From Lingula anatina (Eukaryota > Animalia > Brachiopoda), in NCBI GenBank assembly GCA_051362555.1, contig CM120644.1, positions 21,040,534 to 21,104,533 of the forward strand: 64,000 nt of DNA, read 5' to 3'. This document shows, piece by piece, positions 12,229 through 23,157 of this stretch. Each line of letters begins with the position of its first letter. Position 1 is the first letter of the stretch. The position numbers were made by a program, and so were the translations under genes. The notes under the pieces are model-generated. The model was not told where the DNA came from. It was given only the letters and a program-made list of their open reading frames with translations, and made no database searches.

Positions 12229-15200
12229 TTAGAACAACAGTGGATCATCAGGGAAATCAAAGATTCCAGACCAATCTTCAGGCACCTGATAAAGAAGAAT
12301 ATTCTGTATGAAACAATTATCTCCAAAAATCAACAGTTCATCAGGCTTTTAAAGTTTAAGAGATTGATATCAGATTTCTGGTCTTCTAAATACTATTCCA
12401 AAATATGTCTGATATCTTAATATAGAAAAAATCACTTAGGGCTCATTCCCAATAAAAACTATCAGTCTATGTAGATCACAAAAATTAATCTCTTAATATG
12501 ATTGCATTCAGCAAGAGTCCCCTCAAAGCTGGAGCAATCTATGTAGACCAATAGTTTCATTGGGAATGAGCCCTTAGAAACAAGTTTTAAAAAGAAATCT
12601 CTACCTCAGGCAGCTCTTCCAAGTGTGTTGGAGAGTCCAAGAGCTGTTCACCAGGACCCACAGCCAACTCATTACATTCAGGAATCAAACTCTGGGACAA
12701 TTAAACAAAGAAAACCAATTAACTATACACATCAAATGTGGCACATATACAATGTACATACATTAAATGACCCAATTTAAATAAACAGATTCCATGACAT
12801 CTGGGCAAGATGGAAGGTGAAAGAGTTTTAAACATGTATTAAAAATACTTTTATAAAAAATGATAAGTTCAAAGAAACATTCAATAACATGTAGGAAAGA
12901 TATATGGCGAAAATCATAAAAAAGAAGAAAAAACTCAGCAGCAGGTATGGTCTGTCTAAATGAAGTAAATGTTTTCCACAGTCACCAAGCACTTTTGGTT
13001 TTCTGACCAACCATCACTATCAATTCACACTATTGTGCCACCACTTTGATCTATTTACAGTTTTTATAGACTCAAATAATTAAAGACAACAGTTCATTGA
13101 TAAAACATTTCTGTACTATTACATTTTCAATATTTATCCCCACACTTTTGTGTGTCTGTCTATGCACCCAGCTGTCCATGCATTTGTTATGTCCACTATC
13201 TCCTCCAATCCTAGACCATAACTGAAGTAATAGAAACTTTGGAAATTGGAAGTCCTATTATGAAGGCGTGCAGGGCCCTTTGAAATTCTAACAAGCCTGT
13301 TTTGCTCACTTACCAGCTGTGAAGAAGACATGCTCCCCATCATGTCATAGAAGCATTCCTCACTAAAATCCATGCCAAAGTCTTGACCAAAGTTCAGTGT
13401 GCAGCTGTCATCCTCCTGACTCAGAATGTTCCAGTCCCCAGGAGAGTCACTGCTGGAGTCTAGACTGGAGACTTTTCCTTTCGATTCCTGAGAATCCTTG
13501 ACTTCCAATGCTTCCTCTTGTTTCTCAAGAAAGTCGTCTATGACATCCATGGGATATGTCATCATATTTTCTGCAACCCCAAAAAATTGAAATAATAAGT
13601 GTTTCCAGTATTTCCAATTCTTATGTTAATTACAGGCTTGCTGAACTTATTTGAGGATAAATAATATCTTGATCATTTTGAACAGACTAATGTCATGAAT
13701 TAGTGTTGCCAAAAATAATCTGATTTAATTATCACCTCCTGACAAATTTCCGTCATCAATCAACTAGACACTTTTTTTACTCCTGTGCAACCTGGGAAGT
13801 CAGTGCAAGAATTGAGCTCAAAGGAATGACAAAATTTGAAAAAACATTGGCATAACTTTCCCAGTTTGTGAAAGAGTTATGGAGAGTGTCAAGAAAGAAG
13901 GATCTAAAGTTGGTTTTAAAATCAGAGAGAAAATATGGGTTACCTCAGGAGAATTTTGTAGAAAAAAAATTACATAATACATCACCAATAAAACACATGG
14001 AACACAAACATTTACTAGGTAATAACACTAAATCTAAGTTTTTTAAGTCTTGACACTAAAAAGGAAAAATAAATGGTTTTAGTTGGAGCAAACATAAATG
14101 AAGTCAGTTAAAGAAAGTCGTCTATGACATCCATATGAAATACAATATTATAATCTGAACCTTGTTCAGTGAAAAGAGAACTTGTGACTTCTTTCAAGTC
14201 ATCACTGAGATCACTAATCAGGGAGTCATCAGTAGAGTTCTCCACCATTGCCATGGTAACCATAGTTTCACGAAAATCCTCAGGGAGTTTCTGCCACATG
14301 TCTGCAATAGTGCTGGACAGGCAGTCTGGATTGACATCTAATTCTCTGGCTGCCTCCTTGTAAAACTTCAAGTAGCTATAACCAATAAAGGAAATGTGCT
14401 TTATATTACTAACATATAAAAATAGAAATAGATTTGGCAGAAAATGTTATGCAGTTCTGAAACCGTCAAAATCATTCACCTAGTACAGAAATCAACTGCT
14501 AGTAATTAGCATGAACTTAAAAAAGTTTTACCTTCAATTTCACATTGATTCTGAGAGAAAATTTACTTCCTACTTTGAAAGTCTGATATTTGTTAGTATT
14601 CTGTGTATTATTCTATAGCCAAAGTTAAAAGGTGCTGAATAATATTGGTCTGACATATGTCCTAGTTACCCGTCAAAGTCCTGGCAGTTCACTGTGGAGT
14701 CAAAAGCAGACTCAGGAGGTTGCAGACCAGGGGCTGAAGTTGATGCCGAGCTACACTTAGACTGTTGGTTAGGTTGCTTATGGTTAGACCTGCAATTTAT
14801 AATTCCATTTATATAAAAAAGAATTAGTCTAAATTCCACATTAAAATTTGGCTAAGATCTACAAAACTTTACACTCTGAGCAAAAGCCAAAGCCAATTAT
14901 AGTTTTATTATTGTGTTATAAAAAACATGAATGTCAATATCCTATATAATAACATCAAATATTGCAACATCACTTAAGCTGCCATCTGACTTTGTTGACT
15001 GATGGGTAATATGTGTCCTTTTTTCTAATTGGTCAACACAGCAGGGTTTTCATATGACAATCTGACTAGTAAGAAACATTACTCAGACATGCTGAAGCTG
15101 TTGGTCCGATCGGTCATGACCGGGAAAATTTGTCGGAACCGGTAGAAAATTGGACTTGGTCGGTCCAAAGCCAACAAGAGTTTTAAGAACCGCAAATTTG

Positions 15201-18200
15201 AATTTACAGTCATCATTCGACATACTTCACTAATAAAATTATATAAATCCCAAAGTGTTTTTTTCCCTTCCATTTCAAACCTATCACATTCACAAACAAA
15301 GTAAGCTACCTGATCGTACTGGTAGTATCTGTCTCAAACGAGTAGGGTGATTTTAGGTCCAACAAATATTCATTCGATCCAGCAAATTTTTCATTACTGC
15401 CGGTCCAAATGTCCAGCCATTCTGAAAAATTTTCAGCATGTCTGATAACTGCACAACATTAATTAATTTGTAAATTCACATTTTACATAGTAAAGAAAAG
15501 TTCTTGTATCATTTCAGAGCAGTTTACATTGGATGCCTGGTCATTGATGGCCCTGATACAGACAGTGTTGACACTCTTGACTCTCTGCCGTATGTAGTGC
15601 TGCCTGAAAGCTATGATAATACTCACTCAACCAATTTGATGTGTGTTATCTGTGAACTAGCTGAGTTCTGTTCAGCGGCATCCTTAGCCACTGTCTTGAA
15701 TCTTTTCTTCTTACGTCTCGGATGCATCCTAAAGATGAAAAAACATCAATGCAAATTGCCAATGGATAAAAATTAATTACACAATAATTATATCTAATAT
15801 AACTGAAGATAAGTGTTGAGTGTAAAATTCTGTGGGTTTCAACTATATATTTGAGAATTAATGAACTGAAAACTATAAACTAAGGCTTCGTTCACATGCA
15901 ATGTCTATTTTCTAAATTCTATTTTCTATTTGCGGTATGTCTTATGATCACGGTCTGTGGCCTGAATATCCCGCGGCGTAATTACTGGCAGCGCGAGCCA
16001 GTTACTATAAGTTACTATAAGTAACTGGCTCGCGCTGCCAGTAATTACGCGGCGGGATATTCAGGGCACAGACCGTGATCATAAGATAGCGCAAATAGAA
16101 AATAGAAATTACAAAATAGACATTGCATGTGAACTAAGCCTAATATTTAAAGGTCAATCTATAAGATCAAATGGTTCAACCTACCCTTTTGACTTCCTTC
16201 TACACTTTGTGTCTTCACTCAAAACTGCCTCCTTGGTCTTTCTCTTGGTTGTTGGTGGTGTATCATCACTTCCACTAAAATAAATAATGATAATATATAA
16301 AATTTCTTTTTTTTTTGCTTTTGTCCACTACACTATAAAGGAACTGTTCTAGATTATAAGTTGCCATCTGACTGATGGGTAATATGTGCCCTTGTTTTCT
16401 AATTGGTCAACACAGCAGGGTTTTCATATGACAATATGACTAGTAAGAAACATTACTATAAAAACAGCATTAATTAATTTTTAAATTCAAATCTTAAAAA
16501 GTAAAGAAAAGCTTTGTATCATTATGTGCAGTTTACATTGGGCGCCTGGTCATTTATGTCCCTGATACAGACAGAGTGTTGACACTGTTGCCTCCCTGGG
16601 GAGGATACAGCCCACCTGGCACAGAAGTGCTGCCTGAAAGCTATGATATAATACTTACTCAACCAATTTGATGTGTGTTATCTGTGAACTAGCTGAGTTC
16701 TGTTCAGTGGCATCCTTAGCCACTGTCTTGAATCTGTTCTTCTTAAGCCTCGGATGCATCCTAAAGATACAAAAAAAAAAAACATCATTGCAAATTGCCG
16801 ATGGATTAAAATTAATTAAACAATCATATATAATATAACTGAAGATAAATGTTGAGTGTAAAATTCGATGTGGGTTTCAGCTATAATGACAATTAATGCA
16901 CCAAAAATTATAAAGCAATATTTCAAGGTCAATCTATAAGGTCAAATGGTTCAAGTGACCCTTTCGACTTCCTTCTACACTTTGTGTCGTCACTCAAAAC
17001 TGCCTCCTTGGTCTTTCTCTTGGTTGTTGGTGGTGTATCATCACTTCTACTGAAATAAATAATTATAATATATGAAATACCTTTTTTTTGCATTGCACTA
17101 CGCAGTAAATGTTTTAGTTTATGTATTTTTGAAACATATTAATGACAAATAAAAATGGAAATAGATTGCAAAGAATATGTTATGCAGTTCTGAAAGAGAC
17201 CATCAAAATCATAAACCTAGCACAGAAATAGACATAGACTGACTTCCTTCTACACTTTGTGTCGTCACTCAAAACTGCCTCCTTGGTCTTTCTCTTGCAC
17301 CCCATTTCCATAGATTTTTAGATCGATCTATCCCTGTGGGGAGTCTCACTAGATTACTGTCAGCTTGGCCGGCTTAAGCGTCTGTCCCGCCTACTAAAAG
17401 CTGTAAGGGGGTAATTAACTATGGTGCCCGCTCGGCTGACTGCAATTTAGCGTGAGCCCCCAGGGAGTTAGGTCGATCTAAATCTTAATCTTTAGATCGA
17501 TCTAAATCTCTGGGAAAGCACCCTTGGTTGGTGGTGGTGTATCATCACTTTGGTTGAAATAAGTAATTATAATATATAGAATTCCCATAAAAATTCTGCT
17601 AGCAAGACAAACCCAAATGTGTCTTTTTAATCCAAATATGCTTCAGGGCTTACAGTACACAATGTGTATTTTTTCATATATTAAACAAAAGGTCCACATT
17701 CCCTCACAAATTAACTAATGAAGAATGGTGCCCAATAAGAGGAAAAGAATCCTCCACTAAGCACCAATACTTATTTACTGATTGTCCACCAAATAATACA
17801 GAATGACAACTTTCAGTTTTTAAATAAGTAAAAATCTTAGTCACATCTGCCTCCCTGACATTATATCAAAACATCATTTCAACAATCCACATCCCTACCC
17901 TACTGTATTGTTACACATAACGTGTTGCAACCTATCCAACTGTTACATCATATGGCACAATCTTCTTAACTAAGTGGCATGATGCAAAGTTGCAAAATAT
18001 CAAAATAAAACACAAGGGAATAATTCATGACAGTCTAATATAACTGACCAATTAGAGGGCTACAGTTTACTTTAACCTCAGTCCACTGATATTGTCGATA
18101 TTAAGGACCATTCCAAGACCCTATCGTACTAACTGTGGATCGATCTGTCTCCGAGGGGATTCTCGCTAAATTGCAATAAGCTTAGATTACTGTCATGTCT

Positions 18201-19426
18201 ACTGCTGCTGCTAGGGGGTAATAAATTATTGTTTAGCTGGTTCACTAGGCATGCCTGACATCTAAGCTGCCTAAGCAATTTATCGAGAAACCCCTTGGAG
18301 ATGGATCGATCCTGTCTGATAGTACATCACTACTAGTACCCTTGTGTTCATGGTAACTAACTTTTTTTTTTTTTTTTGCTTTTTTTTGCATTATAAGTGT
18401 CTAACTGTTATGCAATTCATGGTGGAAACATTCTGTTGTTCAAAAGACAGAACTGATACATATTATACAAAAGCTTGAGAAAACACTCATAAAAATCTGT
18501 GGATAGCTTTTATTCTTTGTCACACGACTACCCTGCCTTCATCCCTGGCCCTGCTCTACACCAAATCCACAGAACTTTGAGTCATCTCAGATAATTCTCA
18601 TTAAATGATATAAAATATTCTAAATATTATTATGTATAAAGAACCTGGGAAGAGAAAAAATTTTCATCAACTTTTCACATTATCATAATTTTTCAACTAA
18701 TTAGCTTCAAAAGATGTAAGAATTTTATGAACAAACGACTACCTACATCTGACTTGAACAAAGTTCCCTATTTAGTTGGTCTTGGTGCTTGTTGTTGTCC
18801 CCTGATATCTCCTCAGAAATTGGGTCAGGGAAACTGAAAACAAACAACAAGTGTAAATGTTAACTTCAATTGTCACCACAAATAACTAGGTTCTGATGAC
18901 AAAAAAAATCATACTCACAAGCTGAAATAGAGTAAACCAGCTTCAAATTAGTTATTTTCAACTGTTATACTTCTTTATATTATAAATACCTAGTTACGAG
19001 AAGTACTCAATTTATACAATCAATAAGATGTTACACAATTTTATAATCTAATTACTTATTGCCACACACACACACACACACGCACACAGTATACATAAAT
19101 TAAATTAGAAAGGAAAAATTCGACCATATTAAAAAAATTGTTACAAATTAAAAACTCATTTAGTTACTCCTGATCTTTATCTTCAAGATGTATGGCATCC
19201 ATAGTTTCATGATCTTTATCTTCAAGATGTATGGCATCTATAGTTTCATGATCTTTATCTTCAAGATGTATGGCATCCATAGTTTCATGATCTTTATCTT
19301 CAACATGTATGGTATCAATAGTTTCATGACAAAGCAAACTTTCTTCTTCTGAGTCCTGGACATTATATAAATTTACATATAGTAATTTGTTAAACACTGT
19401 TTAATAATAATAATTATAATAATAAT

Positions 19427-19462
<36 letters not shown>

Positions 19463-22231
19463 TATTATTATTATCACAGAAATTCAGTCTGTGTTGATTA
19501 TATAATACATTTAAGCTCTCTACAAATGTTAAAACAAACTTATATAAAAATGTCACTGAAAGAACATGCAATTTTAAATAATAGCAAATTACACATTGTG
19601 AAGTTTATTTTCAATTATGAATAAAATCTATATGGTGTTGCATTTCTGTTGAAAAAAAAGCAAATAAAAATTGACTGAACCTCTGATTTCTGAGCATCTT
19701 TCTGTGTTTCCTCTTCCCAGTTGTCTGGCAGTTTGAGAGGAGTAAACTGGCCAGGACTGAACTTCTGCTGACATATCTGCCAGGAGAAAAAGATAGCAGA
19801 TTGACACAAGCTTGCAGTTATATTAATATGATGTCACCCAATACTCCTTACCAATTCTTACCACTTCTGAATCACTTATATACAATCTAGAGGAGTACAT
19901 TATCAAGGGGGATGAACTCTCAAGAGGGAAGTATGTAGAGTTTATTATTGATAACCCTAACATTTTATCTCTTTCACACAATGTACACTAGAAATAATAT
20001 GTGAACCAAGTAAATACATATCTTGGCTTTTTTTGTCCTAAATGTGCCCATGAAATGTGGCACATGTGTTGAACTAACTTATGCCCCAATTAGGCTGATT
20101 TTAGTGTGCGTTGAAGGGCTCACCAAAATCAGTGCATATTAAGTCAGCTCAAAGGAAAATAACCGAATTATCAACAAACTCAATGTCACTCCTTTTAGGA
20201 GCCTTTGGTTATAATGTATGGGCATTCAAATAAAGATACCTTATTACAATTTAAAGATAATCTTCAACTTACCACCACCTGGTGTTTCTTGTTAGGTGTC
20301 CCTCGACTCCAAGTCCCCCTGATGTATGACCCTGATTCTGAGACCACAGTCTGTATTCTCAAGGACAGCACAGGTTTTAAGTCTTCCATACCATCCCCAC
20401 CAGCGACTGACTGGCCAATGCCTGAAGACCTGGACTGGCCAATGCCTGGAGACCTGGACTGGCCAATGCCTGGAGACCTGGACTGGTCAATGCCTGGAGA
20501 CCTGGACTGGCCATAAGGCTCTGTGTCAGAAACTGCTGGCTCTTTTTGTTCAGACTTGTACTCTTGTCTCTCTGGTGGTTCTGGTTTCTGGAGCTGTTTC
20601 TTGGCAATTTGTTCATTATTTTGATTTCTGAGCTGTATTGGTACCTTCTCAATTTGTGCAGTGGTCAGTGTTTGATTAGTCTTTGTGGTGTGCAGCAATG
20701 GCTTCACTAAGGTTTGGATTATTGGTGGCTGCTTAGGCTTTGTTGGTGCTGGATTGAATTCTAAAATTTTCAAATAAAAGTTCATATTACTTTACTTTAA
20801 TATGACATCTTTATTAAATTTGTTTTGTCATGTAAATTTGAATTTCACTGGAAATAAATATTGTGAATATACAAAACCAATTAGGCTAACACCATATAAA
20901 ATGTAAAAATAAACACCAATGTTCCAACACATATTTACTTTGAATAGTGATCTAATCTAGAACAAAATAGTTGGTTTAAAAATCGAATAAGTACAACAAG
21001 GCAAACATCTTTACAAGTACAAACTTCATAAAATAATACAGTAACAATTTCTTTACCCTGCTTCAGTTTCAGCCCACCTGGCTGTGTCAGCAGAACTACT
21101 TTATGGACCACTGGACTGTGATGTCTTTTGAAACAAGTCCCTGGCTGACCCTTGTCATTACAACATGCAGTCTCATGTTTACTAACTACCTGGTCCTTGT
21201 CACTCCAAGTACAACATGACATCTTATGTTTATTAAACACCTGTCCCTTGTCACTACAACATGTAGTCTCACAGCTGTGAAATGCCTGGCCCTGGTGGTT
21301 CCTTGATTCCAGTTTATTAAACACCTGGCCCTGGTGGTTCCTTGATTCCAGTTTATTAAACACCTGGCCCTGGTGGCTCCTGGATTGCAGTTTATTAAAC
21401 GCCTGGCCCTGGTGGTTCCTTGATTCCAGTTTATTAAACACCTGGCCCTGGTGGTTCCTTGATTCCAGTTTATTTAACGCCTGGCCCTGGTGGTTCCTTG
21501 ATTCCAGTTTATTAAACACCTGGCCCTGGTGGTTCCTTGATTCCAGTTTATTAAACACCTGGCCCTGGTGGTTCCTTGATTCCAGTTTATTTAACGCCTG
21601 GCCCTGGTGGTTCCTTGATTCCAGTTTATTAAACACCTGGCCCTGGTGGTTCCTTGATTCCAGTTTATTAAACACCTGGCCCTGCTGGTTCCTGGATTCT
21701 AGTTTATTAAACACCTGGTCCTGGTGGTTCCTGGATTCTAGTTTATTAAACACCTGGTCCTGGTGGTTCCAAGATTGGCCATGATCTTTTGACCCCAGTT
21801 TATCAACCACTTGATCCTGGACATTATTTGGCACAACCCGATATTTCAACGATTTCCACAGACTCAGCAGTTGTTTTTTTATAGGATTGATTTCTTTTTC
21901 TTTAGCTGGTTCACTAAAAAAGCATGCACATTAAAACAGCATACAGATTGATTCTTCATATTATATTAATTACTATAACATAGCTTTTACTTGCTACTTG
22001 AGTTCTTGGAGTTTTTACTTCTTTCATTTTTTTATTTATTTATTTCATTTCATTTCTTTATTTATTTATTTATTTGCTCAGCAGAAAAAAAAGACAACAA
22101 TTCAACTTGAAAAAGCAATGAAAAACAAACAAAAAGATGTACATTTTTTCAAGAAGACTCCTTACCTGCTCTTTGTTTGGACTTCAGGCTGGTGCTTTAC
22201 AAACTTCAGCTTTATTGTCTGCATTTTTTCA
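12229..22231 (-). CDS. Multi-exon gene (at least 15 exons, ~967 aa, 5' exon(s) unresolved): low-complexity, repeat-rich protein with a C-terminal HMG-box-like domain and acidic tail
   Basis: Phase-compatible GT-AG exon chain: 22231-22166, 21913-21057, 20760-20273, 19776-19681, 19355-19168, 18833-18747, 17049-16960, 16760-16659, 16274-16185, 15728-15627, 14789-14670, 14375-14161, 13570-13314, 12691-12605, 12285-12229 (stop TAA). The segment FDGYLKFYKEAARELDVNPDCLSSTIADMWQKLPEDFRETMVTMA fits the HMG-box pattern Y-x-x-F...NP...I..MW..L. PRRKKKRFK is NLS-like. Confidence 0.8.
12439..12573. mobile_element. PIF/Harbinger-type MITE in an intron
   Basis: TIR gggctcattcccaat / attgggaatgagccc; TTA TSD at 12436-38 and 12574-76. 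Confidence 0.85.
15084..15444. mobile_element. Non-autonomous DNA transposon (CAG.. TIRs)
   Basis: TIR cagacatgctgaa / ttcagcatgtctg; absent from the paralogous site at about 16457. Confidence 0.8.
15884..16140. mobile_element. Fully palindromic PIF/Harbinger-type MITE
   Basis: ~125-bp inverted arms ggcttcgttcacatgcaatgtctattt... / ...aaatagacattgcatgtgaactaagcc; TAA TSD; absent from the paralogous site at about 16915. Confidence 0.9.
17298..17523. mobile_element. MITE (GATCGATC..CTCGCTAAATTGC family) inserted into the third exon copy
   Basis: Inverted tagatcgatcta ends; interrupts tctcttg|gttg with a ttg/cttg duplication; relatives at about 18103-18340, 39690-39778, 42905-43065, 52420-52545 and 62045-62205. 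Confidence 0.75.
18103..18340. mobile_element. MITE of the same family as 17298-17523
   Basis: Inverted motifs ggatcgatctgtctccgaggggattctcgctaaattgc / gcaatttatcgagaaaccccttggagatggatcgatcc. Confidence 0.7.
19168..19328 (-). repeat. Coding 39-bp tandem repeat (about 4 x DKDHETMDAIHLE)
   Basis: Seen in the DNA and in the ORF 19164-19397 translation; lies within exon 19355-19168. Confidence 0.9.
19402..19473. repeat. (TAA)n/(TTA)n microsatellite
   Basis: Direct reading. Confidence 0.9.
20409..20512 (-). repeat. Coding 24-bp tandem repeat (about 4.3 x GQSRSPGI)
   Basis: gactggccaatgcctggagacctg is repeated within exon 20760-20273. Confidence 0.9.
21283..21770 (-). repeat. Coding 39-bp tandem repeat (about 12.5 x NHQGQVFNKLESR)
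   Basis: Near-identical units within exon 21913-21057 (ORF 20935-21849). Confidence 0.95.
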
Positions 22232-23119
22232 CTGTTACTAATTAAGACAGAAAAGACAATTTAAATGTTAGTTGTTCTTCAGCACTCCATATAAAACATG
22301 ATCTTAACATATTATTCAATTGCTGACTTTGGCTGAGGTCAGCATTTTGTTGTTTTGCTGACCTCAGAAAAGTCTTATAAAGTTATATAAATCCATGGCA
22401 TTTTCATTATTTGAACGAATTATAAACTGCTGTTAATTTGTGAAAACAGACATGATAAAACTGCTTGTCCAACAAGTAATATAACCACCTAAAATTAAAC
22501 GACACAGAATCAGCCAGATTTCTGATACTGCAGATCCTCTGTACTGGCAAGCTTTATGTGAAAATACAACATAGTCATAATATAATAATAATATATTACT
22601 TGTAAACAATAAAAAATAAAATGCTTTGCTCGGAATAGCACAGAATTTGGTGCACATGTAGTGCACGTCCTTCGGACCTTCAGCATGCGGAAAATGTGGA
22701 AGCAGCTTCGTTGTCACTGACGCAACAAAATGACAACAACAAAAACAGCACTGATTGAATCAGTGTTTGCTGTGTTTTTCAATTCATTCAGGCAGTTTCT
22801 AAACCCCAACTTAAAACCCCCTTGTCTCTTCAACGTAACACTGAAATTTGACATAAACCTCATTTTGCACTAAAACCATGTCAAACCTACCATACAGTGT
22901 GTGTATTTGCCACCAGACCGAAGAGAAACACACGATGTCCGCAGTTGAACTTGCCGAAGGTCAAAAGTAATAAATTCATGGTCTAGAATATTTTCAAAAC
23001 AATTGGAGTTTTACCGTTTCTCGCACACAGTATCAGTTTCCAAGGCGACATAAGTATTAAATCAACAAATCTAAGAGGTATCCTGGGTCAAAAGAAACAT
23101 TGTAGCGTTTTTACTTTAT

Positions 23120-23157
23120 TTCAAATTTCGCGCAGCACGCACATATATTTTCGCGCG
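23120..23157 (-). promoter_or_regulatory. Candidate E2F + CHR (DREAM/MuvB-type) promoter elements of the HMG-box-like gene
   Basis: The minus strand reads GCGCGAAA-TTTGAA at 23133-23120, with a second TTTCGCGC at 23149-23156. Both sit in a CpG-richer patch upstream of the first identified exons. Confidence 0.45.

Larger units (their letters stand above)
14975..17585. repeat. Intragenic tandem duplication of a two-exon module (two full copies plus a partial third)
   Basis: 14975-16330 aligns with 16357-17100, including introns and the 102-bp and 90-bp exons. A third copy of the 90-bp exon lies at 17241-17555. Confidence 0.9.

Noticed and set aside
21283-21770. Regular ~39-bp repeats superficially resembling a CRISPR array
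   Set aside because: There are no unique spacers. It is a head-to-tail coding minisatellite in a eukaryotic exon, with no cas genes nearby.
22433-22950. Candidate first exons of the HMG-box-like gene (ATG|GTAGG at about 22881 and an acceptor at about 22717)
   Set aside because: The phases could not be reconciled unambiguously with exon 22231-22166, so the 5' end was left unresolved.
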